A stretch of 64,000 nt of DNA from Raillietiella orientalis. Lineage: Eukaryota. The stretch lies in assembly GCA_036172245.1 (NCBI GenBank), contig JAYWIR010000006.1, positions 1,984,001-2,048,000 of the forward strand, in the 5' to 3' direction. The translations under genes and the position numbers were made by a program. Positions 49,200 through 60,699 of the stretch are shown here, one piece after another; positions within the stretch are counted from its first letter, which is position 1; every line of letters starts with the position of its first letter. The notes beneath the pieces are model-generated. The model saw only the letters and a program-made list of their open reading frames with translations, did not search any database and was not told where the DNA came from.

Positions 49200-51400
49200 G
49201 AGCTTTGCTCCGCGCGATCTGCAATGGTGAAGGAGAGGAAACCTGGACTTTTAGCCGTCTGGGAGGGGATGGAACGACAAGCGGAGTTCCTGATCCACGA
49301 GGTTAGGGGAGCAACCATTCTTGGAGAAGGTCGGCATCTGGTCGGCTGATACCTCTTTCCGTCGGCAGGTCTGCACGAAAGGTCAGTTTCAGGAGAGGTC
49401 TCAGACCGGGTGCGAAAACTGCTCCTGTGAAGGTCAGTATGGCTTCCAAGACTTTTCGTTCCAGTTTTATCGAGCGCTTCCAAGCTATATGAGGAAGGGA
49501 GCAGATCCCCAACGGTATTGCGCAACCCTCGCACGACCGGCTCAATTGGGTTTGGCATCCTCTGATCAAGTTTTTGCTGCAGCAGTCTGAGCCGCGAGTC
49601 CAGAAGGCAGAGGTGGTCCAACCGTCAAAAAAGTGGTCCAGCCGATGGTTCTGGCAAGTGCCCCCACTAGGTTTTTCCCATTAACATTTGAATGCTTGCA
49701 AGCATGCTGACAAGGGGAGGGGGGGGATTGCAACCAAGGGCAAAGAGCACTGTTCAGCTTCTCCGTGTCCCTCCCCTGACAAGGTTGCGATTCCCTTAGG
49801 ATGCTTCCATGGCGAACAGAGGTCCGCCTCGTGCTTCCTGCATGGAGGTGGTGCATAATCTTCGCGCGCGGACCATTTCTATTCTGGAATCCTCCACTAG
49901 CTTTTTAAGGACCCAAAACTCTGTTTCTACGTCATTCGAAGGCCTCGTTATGATGAACACTCGCATGCATGCAGGTTCTCCCTTAGGGGCAAAACGAAGA
50001 GTCAGTCCTGGATCTTTGTGGCGTCTTGCGTTCTCCTCCAGAACGACAGCTAACGATCTGACCAAGCAACGCTCAGTCTAAATCACCTTTTCAGCTCCCT
50101 GGAGCACCAGACGCTCTCGCATCCTAAAATTGGTTCTCGGGACTACCAAGTTACAATTTTCCTAGGCAACTTTCTTGATCTGAGATCATCAGCTCCAGCG
50201 TCAGGTCTGCAGACAGACCAGGAGTCCCCCAGCTCTCGCTCCTCTTCCTCATTCTGACGATCACCAAGATCCCGAAGATCAAGGCACCAGAGATCGAGCA
50301 GAGGTTTCGAATCTAGAGGAGGAGAGGAATCTGAATCTTGATACCTCTTACTTTTTTTTGCCCCACGAGCTCTTTTGAATGCTTCTGCCGTATTCTGTCA
50401 GCCCTCATTCTCGAAAGCGAATCAGGAAACAACATCTTGCAAGGGCCTCAACATGGACGTGCTACCCATGTTCCACGAAGAACGTGAACGGATACATGCC
50501 ATTGCAAGAGTAGACCCTGAAAGGCTAATCACCTGGTTGCCAAGGAATGATTTCATCTTCCGCATGGGGATGTGACCTTCATGCTTACGAATTCCAGCCT
50601 CGTTTTGCAAACTTGCGATGGGCACCGTCAGGAACCAGAGGACGTAACAATGGACACTGGGATCACGTAGATGGTCAGTCGGGTCAGGCCCTTCTAAGTG
50701 TGCAGGATGAGGAAGGATTTCTGTTGCATTTTTCTGACAAGATGGCTACCTTCCTTCTGGATGCTCTGGGACGTGTCTTGTCTGGGATGCTCGGCAAGTG
50801 AATGGCATGGGACCACAAGGGACTGCAGAGCCATTATTGGCACTCTGACAAAGGATGCCAGTGCACCTCCCGGTGACATACTTGACCTTCTGGTAAAGCA
50901 AACTTGCTACAGGCACGCTTTGATCCACCGAATGCCGTGCGAAAGTTTTCGGGGTGTTTGAAGAATTAGCAGAACACTGCTTAATTGGTTTCTTATGCGA
51001 TTCGAGAAGTTCCTCAACGAGCAGTAGGAACAGAGGAGCCACTGCTTCTCTTGTTTCTACCTCAGGCGATTGTAGATGCCCTCTCTCAGATGAGGACACT
51101 GTTCTCCTTGTGTTGCCCATGCAAAGAACTGCTCGATACGGCTGGACGAGACGTGAGCTCGTGTTCCGAAAGATGCTCCTGAAAAGTGGGGGAAATCTGT
51201 GTTGGGTTTGACAGCAGAATCGCTCCCGTTTGTGGTCTGCGCTGGATGCGACTGTGGTAGACAGTGCATAGAGAAGAACCTGAAAAACCCTAAAGGCAAC
51301 TCCATAATTTTGCGGCAACACTTCGCCGAGAGCTCCACTGACTCCTGCCGCGGAGGTCGCTGGTGCGGTGAGTCATTTCTACAACAGCGCCCTGCCGGCC
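49200..51400 (-). mobile_element. N-terminal half (multiple zinc fingers plus pre-RT) of an RLE-type element
   Basis: Finger remnants (HKRERFCCQTQHRFP, SLAEHPRQ), HPHAEDEIIPWQPGD as a second copy of the 48.0-kb motif, and the pre-RT-like ILRESQPC. Confidence 0.55.
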
Positions 51401-51599
51401 TGATGAGCGTGGGAGCCGCGCCAGCAGCCTCAGGAAAAAATCCACATCACCAGCAGATAGGAGCTCCGTTCAGCTGGCCCCTCAAAACGAACAGGAACAA
51501 ATCCCTTTGTCTCAGCGCTGCCCTCTCTGAAGGGGCATCTTGGCAGCAATCTACTGGCAAGGTGAGAGGTCTCCTGTGAGATGCACTCTAGAAGAAAGG

Positions 51600-52330
51600 A
51601 TCTAGATGGTTGGACCACGGGTCAGCTTACAGACAATTTCACCTCGAGTGCCCCACCGAAAGGGCTTTCACTCTAGGCGCGATGCTCGGCATTTCACCTG
51701 AAGACCTCGAGTAGTCTCTAGTGCTCCGGAGCACTAGAAACGACTCACGCACTTTTTCTGAAGTGGCAAGAGTCGGCGCTTCTGCTGCTGCACTGGGATC
51801 CTCCATGCAACGCTTGCCGACATCACTGGACCCGGGAAGAGAAGGTGGGCCCAAAACTGCAGAAGGCGTAGGAGCGCGAATTTAGAATAGACAGGCCTGA
51901 CGTAACTGCCATCGCCTGCATGTGGTGGAGAATGGTGAAGTGCCCAGTCCGGGATGCAAAGTCCAAAGGAACCTTCAGACGATTGTGGGTTGACTATCCC
52001 GAAAATGCACTCTGTTCTCTGTCCGACACAGACCTTTGGCAATCGCGTTCATTGTCTGTTTATTTATTTGTCCTCCCTCTTTTGCTAGGTCTTCACACTT
52101 TGGTTTCTCACCCAACGGGGTAGTCCCTTTGCACCAGCATTTTAGGTTCCAAAGAACCAAGTTGGATTCCCCACGAAATGCTCGCAGGGATGTTTAAGAA
52201 GCATTCCCACCTGTCTTTGTGTTTTTCTTAGTGAATTTGGTGTTTGAGTCCTGCGGCTGAAGACAGCGTGTAATCGAGGAATCAGGAGCTCTCGAGAGAG
52301 CTCCGCCATGCCATCCGACGGTTACACGAA
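51600..52330 (+). mobile_element. RLE endonuclease 3' fragment with a structured 3' UTR
   Basis: Reads LADITGPGKRR (cf. IDVTxPFE) and LSDTDLWQSRS (cf. SDxIxWSRDI). A nested stem-loop lies at 52267-52328. Confidence 0.45.
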
Positions 52331-53699
52331 TCCTTCCCTACCCACTGAATGCAGCGGGTCGCGTGAAGCGTCGTCATGGAGCTTTCCTATAGCGCCGGTT
52401 GTCGTGTTTTGCGTGCAAGATCCCGTAAGCCACCTGTTGCCATCGGAGATGAAGTGAGCTGAAATTTCGAAAGCCGTCACTAAATAGCCGCGCCGAGGAC
52501 AAAAAAATGCCAACAAATCTGAAGACATGGTAATCCGAAAAGTGTGGTTTCGCATCTGCACCATCCTAAAGGGATTAGACGTGAGAAACTGCGGGCCTCA
52601 GCCTCCACTTCACTTCAGCATGCCTCGTAAACAAATCGAAATAATTTGCGTGTCTTTTTGCAAAACTCCCCTCCTCCTTCCGTATCCCGCTGCTATGCGT
52701 TTGAAATTTACTTTAACATTCAGATCTCAGCGGCAGCTTCGCGGTTTCAGTTTTCAACCCACAGAACAGCGTTGGACCATGAATGATGACCGCACCAGTC
52801 GTCTGAATTCCAGATAACAACACGTGAGCCAGTCGTCGCAAAAATGTGGTTTCTTTGGCTCAATACGCGTTATGCTTTCACGATGGTTATCTTTTGCTTG
52901 ACCAGTACCTCCCCTTTCTATTAACTCATCTCGAGATTCGAAATGCCTATTTCCGTTTGATGATTCTCATTGGGATGTTATTGCATCATGGAGCTAATAA
53001 AATGAATCTACAGAATCCATCCACTGACAGGAGCGTTCCCGAGTCACTTACAATTCTTTTTTCGCGAATCCGGACTGCGTCAGCCGATAACCTGACGTTG
53101 CCATGGTTCCGTACTCCAATATTAAGAGATGCAAAGCTCTTTGACTAGGATGGTGACAGAAAGAGACAGGACTCAGGGGAGAAATGGAGATCAGTGGGAT
53201 CGTTCTGCTTTTCAAACGACTTCTGAATCTCTCCCGAGAAATGAGTTGCACTGACAGCGGCACGTAACTGTCTTGGAGACGTTCATTCCATCTCGTAAAA
53301 GTCATCTGATGTTAGCTCAAGCAAGCAGCCAGCATTTTGGTGACCGCGGGAGAACAGTTCATTCTATGTTGTCTGAAAAATGAAATTCTGTTTTTTTTTT
53401 TTTTTTTAAATAAAATGCTTCCCAGTGAGCTCCAAGTGCTACTCCCAGTTTCAAACGATGGCTTGGTGTACTGGCCATCAGATGAGTGATGGCGAAGACG
53501 GACAGAAAGCTAAAGAGAAAGCAGGTTTGTTTTCAGCACAACAATAATAGGAAGGTAATCATCTGGCTATCTGTGACTCATCTCATTCTTCTTATCCTGT
53601 AAACCAGGCTCGCTTAGTGCAAGCTTCTTCTCCGGGTTCTTCTGCTATATCTAGTGAACTTCGAGTATTCCGCCTAGTTCCAAACGGTCAGTCCTGTAC

Positions 53700-55800
53700 C
53701 ACACATGGATCCGGAGACAGAATTGACTCATCATTGGGAGGATCTGCTGGGAGATGTATCTAGTAAATGTCCTTTGAGTGCTCGATACAGTACAAGAGAC
53801 CGTTAGTTTTGCATGTCATCTTGGTCCAAAAGATGCCCAATTTCCTCAGCACTTTCGGTCTCGGAATTGCAAGCAAAGGATCAGACTACAGCATCTCATA
53901 CCGAGGTCTCATCTACAAAAGAGGCTAGTAGGGGAGCAGGCTCACGGTATTTCACTTTTTCCCCTCCCGTCTCACGAAAAATATTCTAGGAGCGCTGTGG
54001 AAGAAACAACAAATACCTATCATCATAATGCCATGGTTTTTGTGGTTTTTCCGAAGGACTAGGTCTGGTCTAAAATCCAGAATAAAAAATGCAGCAACTA
54101 ATTCTAGGAACTTCTAAGATTGAGACATTGTCTACTGATTCTTAGCCATTGCTCTGTGGGTGAGGGTGAGATAAGAGACTCAGGACCACCAAAATGCTCA
54201 CGGAAAAGGAACGCTGCTTGTCTCACCACTGCAGTAGACCTTCCAGAGATCCGTGCCTCTCAAACTGGGAATCCTGTTATAGTAGATGAGAAGCAAACAC
54301 GCATCTTAATCTGGCGGATGAAGAGCCCGTTAGTTCAACTTACAGCTCTGAAGAGCCGGGTTGTAGAATCAATGATCAGTAAACACTCCATCACCTTCTC
54401 TGTCTTCTCTATCATGACCTCTATTTGGAACTGTAGTCCCATGAGGATTTTCCCATATTGACCAATGGCCTAAGCGGTGCTTCCAGTGGGTCTCTCTAGA
54501 GTTCCTACGATGAGAAACGTTGGGACACACTGCTTTCCTCCTGATATGTTCCACTCACTGCACAGGGTTCTTTGATTCTCTGAAGACCCCCTCGTTTGTC
54601 GGATATCACCAACTTAGAGATCCTTCGAGGACCGCTCTGACCGATGCTGGTGGACAAAATGAAGAGATACTGATAAAAGGAGAGCTATTTCTCGTTATTT
54701 GGATTCCTCGTCTCTGCAGAGTCTTCCAGGATGAGGTTCTTATCCCTTTCAGGATGAAAGGTCGGGTTGCCCTTCAGTACGACCGAGCGAGACCCGAAGA
54801 ACGCTACCTTCGTCTCTTCTTTGTGACATTACATCTGCTGAATCTTCTCGATCTGAAGTGATGGCAGTTTTTCGATCTCCATTTCACAGGAAGGCAAAAG
54901 GAGAAGGCCAGAATTCCTCTGACCTAGAATCCTAAAACAGTTCTTCAAAAAGCGCACCTCGGTTTGTCAGAAGCATTCCTGATGAGGCTTCTGTGAAGAG
55001 AAACCTAGGGAACGTTTGCTGACATGCCTCCGGCGGCAACTATTCTCCTCCACCCAGCTCCAACTATTCTCCTGCACCTCAACCGGACTCAAACATCTTT
55101 CGAGGCTTTGCCAGCTTCCTCCCTCCGATACAGGGAGAAGTCAGTCAATTCAGTGCTTCTGTTCAACACTGTGCAGCTACATTGCAAGCATGTGAGGGAT
55201 TTCCCTCAACCTCTCTGATGTAGGTGCTGCGATTGACGACTGTGCTGATGATACTCTGTTGGATGCGAGCTATCCTGACGGCAAGATGAACATGGAAGCA
55301 CACTGAGATGCCTGCTGGACCCCTTTGGACCCGCGATTGCCTGCGTGAGGAAGAAGGCAATTGTTCTTATCTTCGAGATCTTGGAGAGTCGTCAAGCATA
55401 GCGAGATCCTTGGAGACGAGGACAGTCCCGAGAGGATAACCCGTACTTCCTCCATTTCTCAATATTGGTTCATTCTACTTCCTTCCTATGTACCATTTAT
55501 GTTGGAGATCTCCACAGCATTCGGATCAGTCGATTGTTTAGAATTTTCTAACAATCTTTTTATGACCTAATTAATCGGAATAAATGGCCCTGAATGACGA
55601 GGAGGACTTTTGCTTCTTCACTGAATTTCTGTAACTCAGAAGCATTCTTTTTGTTGTTGTGGTGGTAGGCTTCTAAAGCGGTTTCTTTCGTAAAGGAGAA
55701 AAATCTTTCAAGCGTGAGAGGGAAGAGAAAAAGATGGCTGAGATGCTTTCCTATGTTTTCAAGAGAGCGAGTGCTGACTGGTCGAACAATATGCTCTGGC
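53700..55800 (-). mobile_element. Decayed RLE-type element (RT, thumb, endonuclease end)
   Basis: SKGVQQASQC (cf. QKGF..GC), a thumb-entry segment near 54400-54460, and the C-terminal KVLRKLGIFWTKMTCK..YCIEHSKDIY. Confidence 0.65.
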
Positions 55801-55899
55801 AACCGAGTACACTTGAAGGATAAAAACTCCAGTTATGCGATTCCATGCACCCTAATTAGTTAATCTTTCCCCGAGTTCCACATGCCGCTGGCAGGCAGA

Positions 55900-58520
55900 A
55901 TTGTTGAAGAAAAAAATAAGTGCATTCTCTGCATTTTCCTCAGTTCAAATGTGCTCAAAGACTTCTCACGAAGAGTTGCCATGTCCAACTCTTCGATCGC
56001 AGGAGCAGCTCCTGGCACCAACTGATTCAACTGCTCTCCTGAAGGAATCTGCCCTCAGACTGAGTGATTCGAAGACAAGACGTGATGCCACAGAGCAGAA
56101 AGCTACTTCTTGAACAGAAAAATCGTCTTATTTCCTAGGGAAGGTGCGACCGCGTTATGTGGTCAGCAAATGTCCACCCGAGATTACAAAGAGCCGCATT
56201 AGAAGCTTCCTCAGAACATACTCTCGTGAAACAACCACATCCGGTGAAATCATCATGTCGAAATGCTCAGATGTATGCAGTGCAAGACCTGGAGGGCATA
56301 CAGCCGTTATCCATGTGAGTCCTGATCCAGAAATTATGGAAAGGTTTCTCATCCAAAAGAGGGACTAATACAGAGGGAGTCTACCCATAATGTGAAAATC
56401 ACGAACCCAACTGTTGCAGCTATGCAAGATCAAAGACCTCACAGAAAAATTCCCTGTTTTCTGAGGAGAACTGCAACCAAACGAGCACGGAAATCTACAA
56501 GCACACGTGTGTGGATTTGCATGTGAACTCATAAGGGAATGTTACTGAAGAGAGATCACTATGCAAAAACTGATGTCTGATCCTCAGAAGTTCCACAACA
56601 GAATAAAAAAGACTTCGTGGCTTCTTGCCTGTGCAGATACCAATCGTCAACAGCTAACGGATGACAGGGAAATACAGCATCCATTTGTTTTATCATCTTG
56701 AGATGGTTCTTATGCATAGGAGATGTTTCGAAGAGCACAAAGAAGTCATGACCGCGTACAACAAGGATTAGTGCTCACTGGTCACTTAGTGTTCAAGGGA
56801 TTTAGTGTTCACTTTCATCATTATCTAAGCTCATCCCGTTTTAAAGGAAACTGCTAAATCCCCTACCCCCCGAATTTTTGATCTTTCCTTCCTCCTCTTC
56901 TCCTAAATTGATATCCACAGCACCCTGATATTCCGAGTACCTCGATGGGTAGGTCTTACGTTCTCATCATAGGTAGTCGCGCTGAAGAGCAACACAAATG
57001 TGGTCCACGAGGATGATTTTATGCCAGCAACTGCACCTCCAACACGAAATCTGGCAGAGTTGCGACATAGGTAAACGTACACTCGGAGACTGGCTTCTAC
57101 TAGTCTACTATCTCTTCACCCTCGAGGCACTGCTCAAAATTTCAAGAATGCGAGTGTGTGCCCCTCACACGTTCTCAACCGTTGCAGGAGAAACTTCGAT
57201 CTGATCACTTGAAAGAAACCGTTCTTCGGCCTTTTAGTAAAGATCGAAGTGGCTCAGATCAATCCTTTCGAAAGCCTGAGATCTTATCTCTGCCTTGGCA
57301 AAAGATTGTTGCATTGGAAGCATTCTTTTTTCATTGTCTTGTACATTTTGAAAAAGCATCCCAAAGACGACTGGAAATATATAGATAGCGGAATCCGGCG
57401 AATGATTAAGGATCTACTAATCTTCCAGCCAGAGCAGCCAATGAATACCTAAACGGAAACAGAAAAAAGACTGGGACTTATCTAGTCTGGTGACTGTCCC
57501 TGTCTGGTGACTTGACTGGCAGGTTCTCTCGCTCTAGCAGAGGTATCAAGAGCATCTGTACGGTCAGAAGAGGCAGACATCCTCCCGTACCGAAGAAATT
57601 CAGGAGTTTGCCGATGGAAAAACAAAAGTTTAGTGAAAAGAACTGATTTCCTGATCACAGTGAAGAAAAAGTTTGCAGGAACTCTACATGCTGTTCAGAG
57701 TGCGCGTGCATGGCAAACCTTTGTTGAAAATGATCCCTATTGGGGAAAAGCCAGCCCTGCGTTCTCTTCCGTCAAGCATCAAGCTATTTTCCGAGTACAA
57801 GAGAGTTTCTGAGCTTACCTGATTACCGCTTCACTTATGCAGAGAGGGTGAATCTTCTCCCAAACACCTCCCAATAAGAGATGTTTCGAGAAGAGCTCAA
57901 GCGGATAGGGCGTGCCCACGTCGTGTGGCTTGGGATGAGACCTTGACTCATATTCTTAATCGCTGTGGGAGGCACTCTTCTTTAGGCACAGCTAGGCATG
58001 ACGCTGTTGCGCAGAGATTGAGGAACGTTGCAGCATCTTCAACAGGATGTAGTCAGGTATCAGAAAATAAACGCGTTGCTTGAACGGATTTTACTCTGCA
58101 GTCTGATCCGGTGCTGCAGAAGCGCAACATAATGGTAGTGTTAGGTGTCATCTGTCCTTCTGAGAACAGGGAAGAGACATTCGAGAGAAGAAAAAGGACT
58201 AAAAGTATCAAGATATGGCCAAGTAAATATCCCGGAAGGACATACGAATCACCATTCATGCCTTCGTAATTGGAAAACTCCGGGATCGTGGGATTATAAG
58301 GATGATGGAGTTCTTCGGGAGTGCAGTGTTCCTAGACTGTATGCAAAGATGAGGAAACTCATAGTAATCTCGTGTTTGATCCATTGGACTCTTTGGTTGA
58401 GACATCCTTCGGGCGGCGTTAGTGATCCCATGGAATACCTGGTGCAAGTGGATACCCGTAGCCGGCAATATGAGGAACGTCTTAGGAGAGAACTCTGGTG
58501 ATACACTCAGATGATCTGAG
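55900..58520 (+). mobile_element. Most complete NeSL/Utopia-like element in the window (RT, thumb, CCHC, RLE), pseudogenised
   Basis: Ordered motifs FLIQKRD, VVHEDDF (cf. YADD), LSLPWQKIVALEAF, DYRFTYAERVNLLP, ETLTHILNRCGRHSSLGTARHDAV and PGSWDYKDDGVLRECSVPRLYAKMRKL. Confidence 0.85.
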
Positions 58521-58589
58521 GATCAGAAAGATTGTGTAGAGCCTGAGTATATTATTTTTTTTTTGTATTGTTGTACTCTTTTTTTTTTG

Positions 58590-59200
58590 CCATTCAGAGT
58601 GCAACAAGACTTCATTGCTTCCGATTGAAAGTTCATCAAGAAAGTCTTCAGCGGGTAGATAGTGCAAACATTGTGTAGCTTGGGATGAGATCATTGTACG
58701 AGGCATTCTCTCTTGCACGCGGCTTGGTTCGATGTTATTGTAGAAAGGTTGAGAGCTGCTGCAACTACCACAACAGGATGAAAACTGGTCTGGGCGAACA
58801 ACTGTGTCCAGGAGGTGGATTCCAGCAAGCAATCTGACCCAGTGCTGCAGATGGACAACTGTCTGGTGATACCGGATATTCACTATACTTTTGAGAACGG
58901 AGAGGAAGCCTTCAATACTGCCGCGATCTGAGAAGAGAGCAAGCACCGAGGCATTCCTCACCAGCTGACCCTGAAAGCTTCGAAGTGCAAGGTGTGTGCT
59001 TTCACAGTTTTATCTCTTGGATGCTGGGATCCCCCAAATAGAGTTCTTCTTAAGTTAGGCTTTCCAAGATTGTATGCGCGCAGGATGAGGCATCTGAGGG
59101 TAGCCTCCTGTATCCGATGCAGTCGGGATGCCTATCGGATACGTCGTCTGAGACATCCGATTATGGCTGCAATTCAATAGTTAAAGCTGGAACGGAAAGA
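58590..59200 (+). mobile_element. 5'-truncated NeSL/Utopia-like copy (CCHC plus RLE), head-to-tail behind the previous element
   Basis: Nearly in frame: DVIVERLRAA..EVDSSKQSDPVL..LVIPDIHYTFENGEEAFNTAA..CKVCAFTVLSLGCWDPPNRVLLKLGFPRLYARRMRHLRVASCIRCSRDAY. Confidence 0.9.
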
Positions 59201-59499
59201 TCTCAATGGGGAGAAGATACAATCAGTAGCCGACCTGCTTTTTGAAGAGTGTCTTGAGGAATAAAACTTGCTTTTATATCTCTCCCAATGTAGGAGATAA
59301 CTTGGAGTTACTGATCAAAGGAGATCGAAGTTATCAAGGCTGTCAGCTAGCTAGAGGTCAGCTGATAGCTGCTGAGCCCCATTCGACTCTCTGATCTGAA
59401 TCGGTGGCTCAGGAGGAGTGAGCACACCGGATGTACCGGCTCCCGGAAAATCAGCAAAGGAAGACCAAAGCAATCTGGAAGACCGAGGGCAGAGAGAGA

Positions 59500-60400
59500 A
59501 GAGCAAAAATATAGGGAACCAGCTCCCCGTTTCCCTTCCCGTTGTGCTGAGACACTCGTCCTCCAAACAAAGGAAAATGAATAGGTCTTGTGTATTGGTA
59601 AATATACTGGTCTTTGGAAATTTCAGGGAAGAGAAGAAAAAAAGGAAGGGAAACCACCGACTCGCAGGCCGACTACACAGAAGGGTAGAGAGGTGTAGGA
59701 GAGGAGACAGCAAATAGGTGAAAAAAGGGAGTAAAGAAAAGGGATCACTAGTCATACCCGTCGTATCTTTTGAAAGCTGCGTGCGATGTACGATGCATCC
59801 GGAGTCCTCCGTGACTCAGGCATATTTCAGAGGCCATTTGGCCTCATTCCTTTCTCTCACTGCAGAGTCGAGTGGTGCGGTTTTTCTCTTGTTGGCGCAC
59901 TCCTCAGTGTTCCAAGACGCCTCGATCCTCTGGAGCAATGCAATATTGCCATCTGGAAAGCGGGCAAAGGGCCCCTCTCGCATGAAAAAGCAACCCAGAA
60001 GCCCTTCCGGGTTGTCTTCGGCTAGAAGTAGAGCAGCCACTCTTGAGGCGTTGCAACACGCTCCGAAGTCGACCGCATTCCAACAGCAGGTACGTGGGAG
60101 TTCTCATCTCCCCGCAGCTGCCGCAACATCTGGAGAGGCAAAAATAAAAGGTACTGGTCCTCCATTGCTCCTCCGGACGAATGCCCTGCTTTGCTACGAG
60201 TACCTGTCGTGGAATCCCGAAGGACTTCAGACGGGAAAGGCTGCTGGGAACAGTAGGAGCGGCAGATCTCTCTCGTTGCTAAGTGGAGCACCTCAGGAAG
60301 GAGGTAGTACTGTGGCCAAACATCCCACGTTCCCGTGACAAATGCCAAATGCACGGTTGGGCCGCTGGGCTGTGATAAACAGCCCCCGGAGACTTGCTAC
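59500..60400 (-). mobile_element. L1/Tx1-like 3' end (zf-RVT plus pyrimidine-rich 3' UTR)
   Basis: CCGSCGEMRTPTYLLLECGRLRSVLQRL / AALLLAEDNP is homologous to ETFSHLLLEC..QKRIAAVLLFPGDDP in the 13-kb and 18-kb copies. Confidence 0.7.
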
Positions 60401-60699
60401 CTCGTCCAGAGGCCTGAATAGAGGAAATGATTCTACGGTGGTAATGACAGAGAATGGGTCTTCCTCACTGTAGGGACCCCCATGGGCAATAACACGTGAT
60501 CAGTAACATAGTGGCATGCCTTCAGCATGGAACGATGTGGAAAAGTGGCCTAAGCGATTTCGCTGTCTCCTTGTGGGGTTCTTTGCGTGCTTGAAACAAA
60601 ATTTAGATTTACCTACTAATGCTGCTAATAAGTATTTAGCAAACTGTACCGAGTAAAAAATCTGCATTTCGTACTCCGCTATTCTATTTTGAAAGGGTC

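Noticed and set aside
54979..55005. Hammerhead-like CTGATGA...GAAAC
   Set aside because: Stem II lacks the closing G-C pair, stems I and III do not form, and it is antisense within RT coding sequence.
57221..57252. Resemblance to the 5' end of U2 snRNA (TTCTTCGGCCTTTTAGTAAAGATCGAAGTG), tempting because Utopia targets U2
   Set aside because: It lies inside continuous RT-to-thumb coding sequence (between the YADD-like and LPWQK motifs), needs gaps to align, and is not at an element junction. Likely chance.
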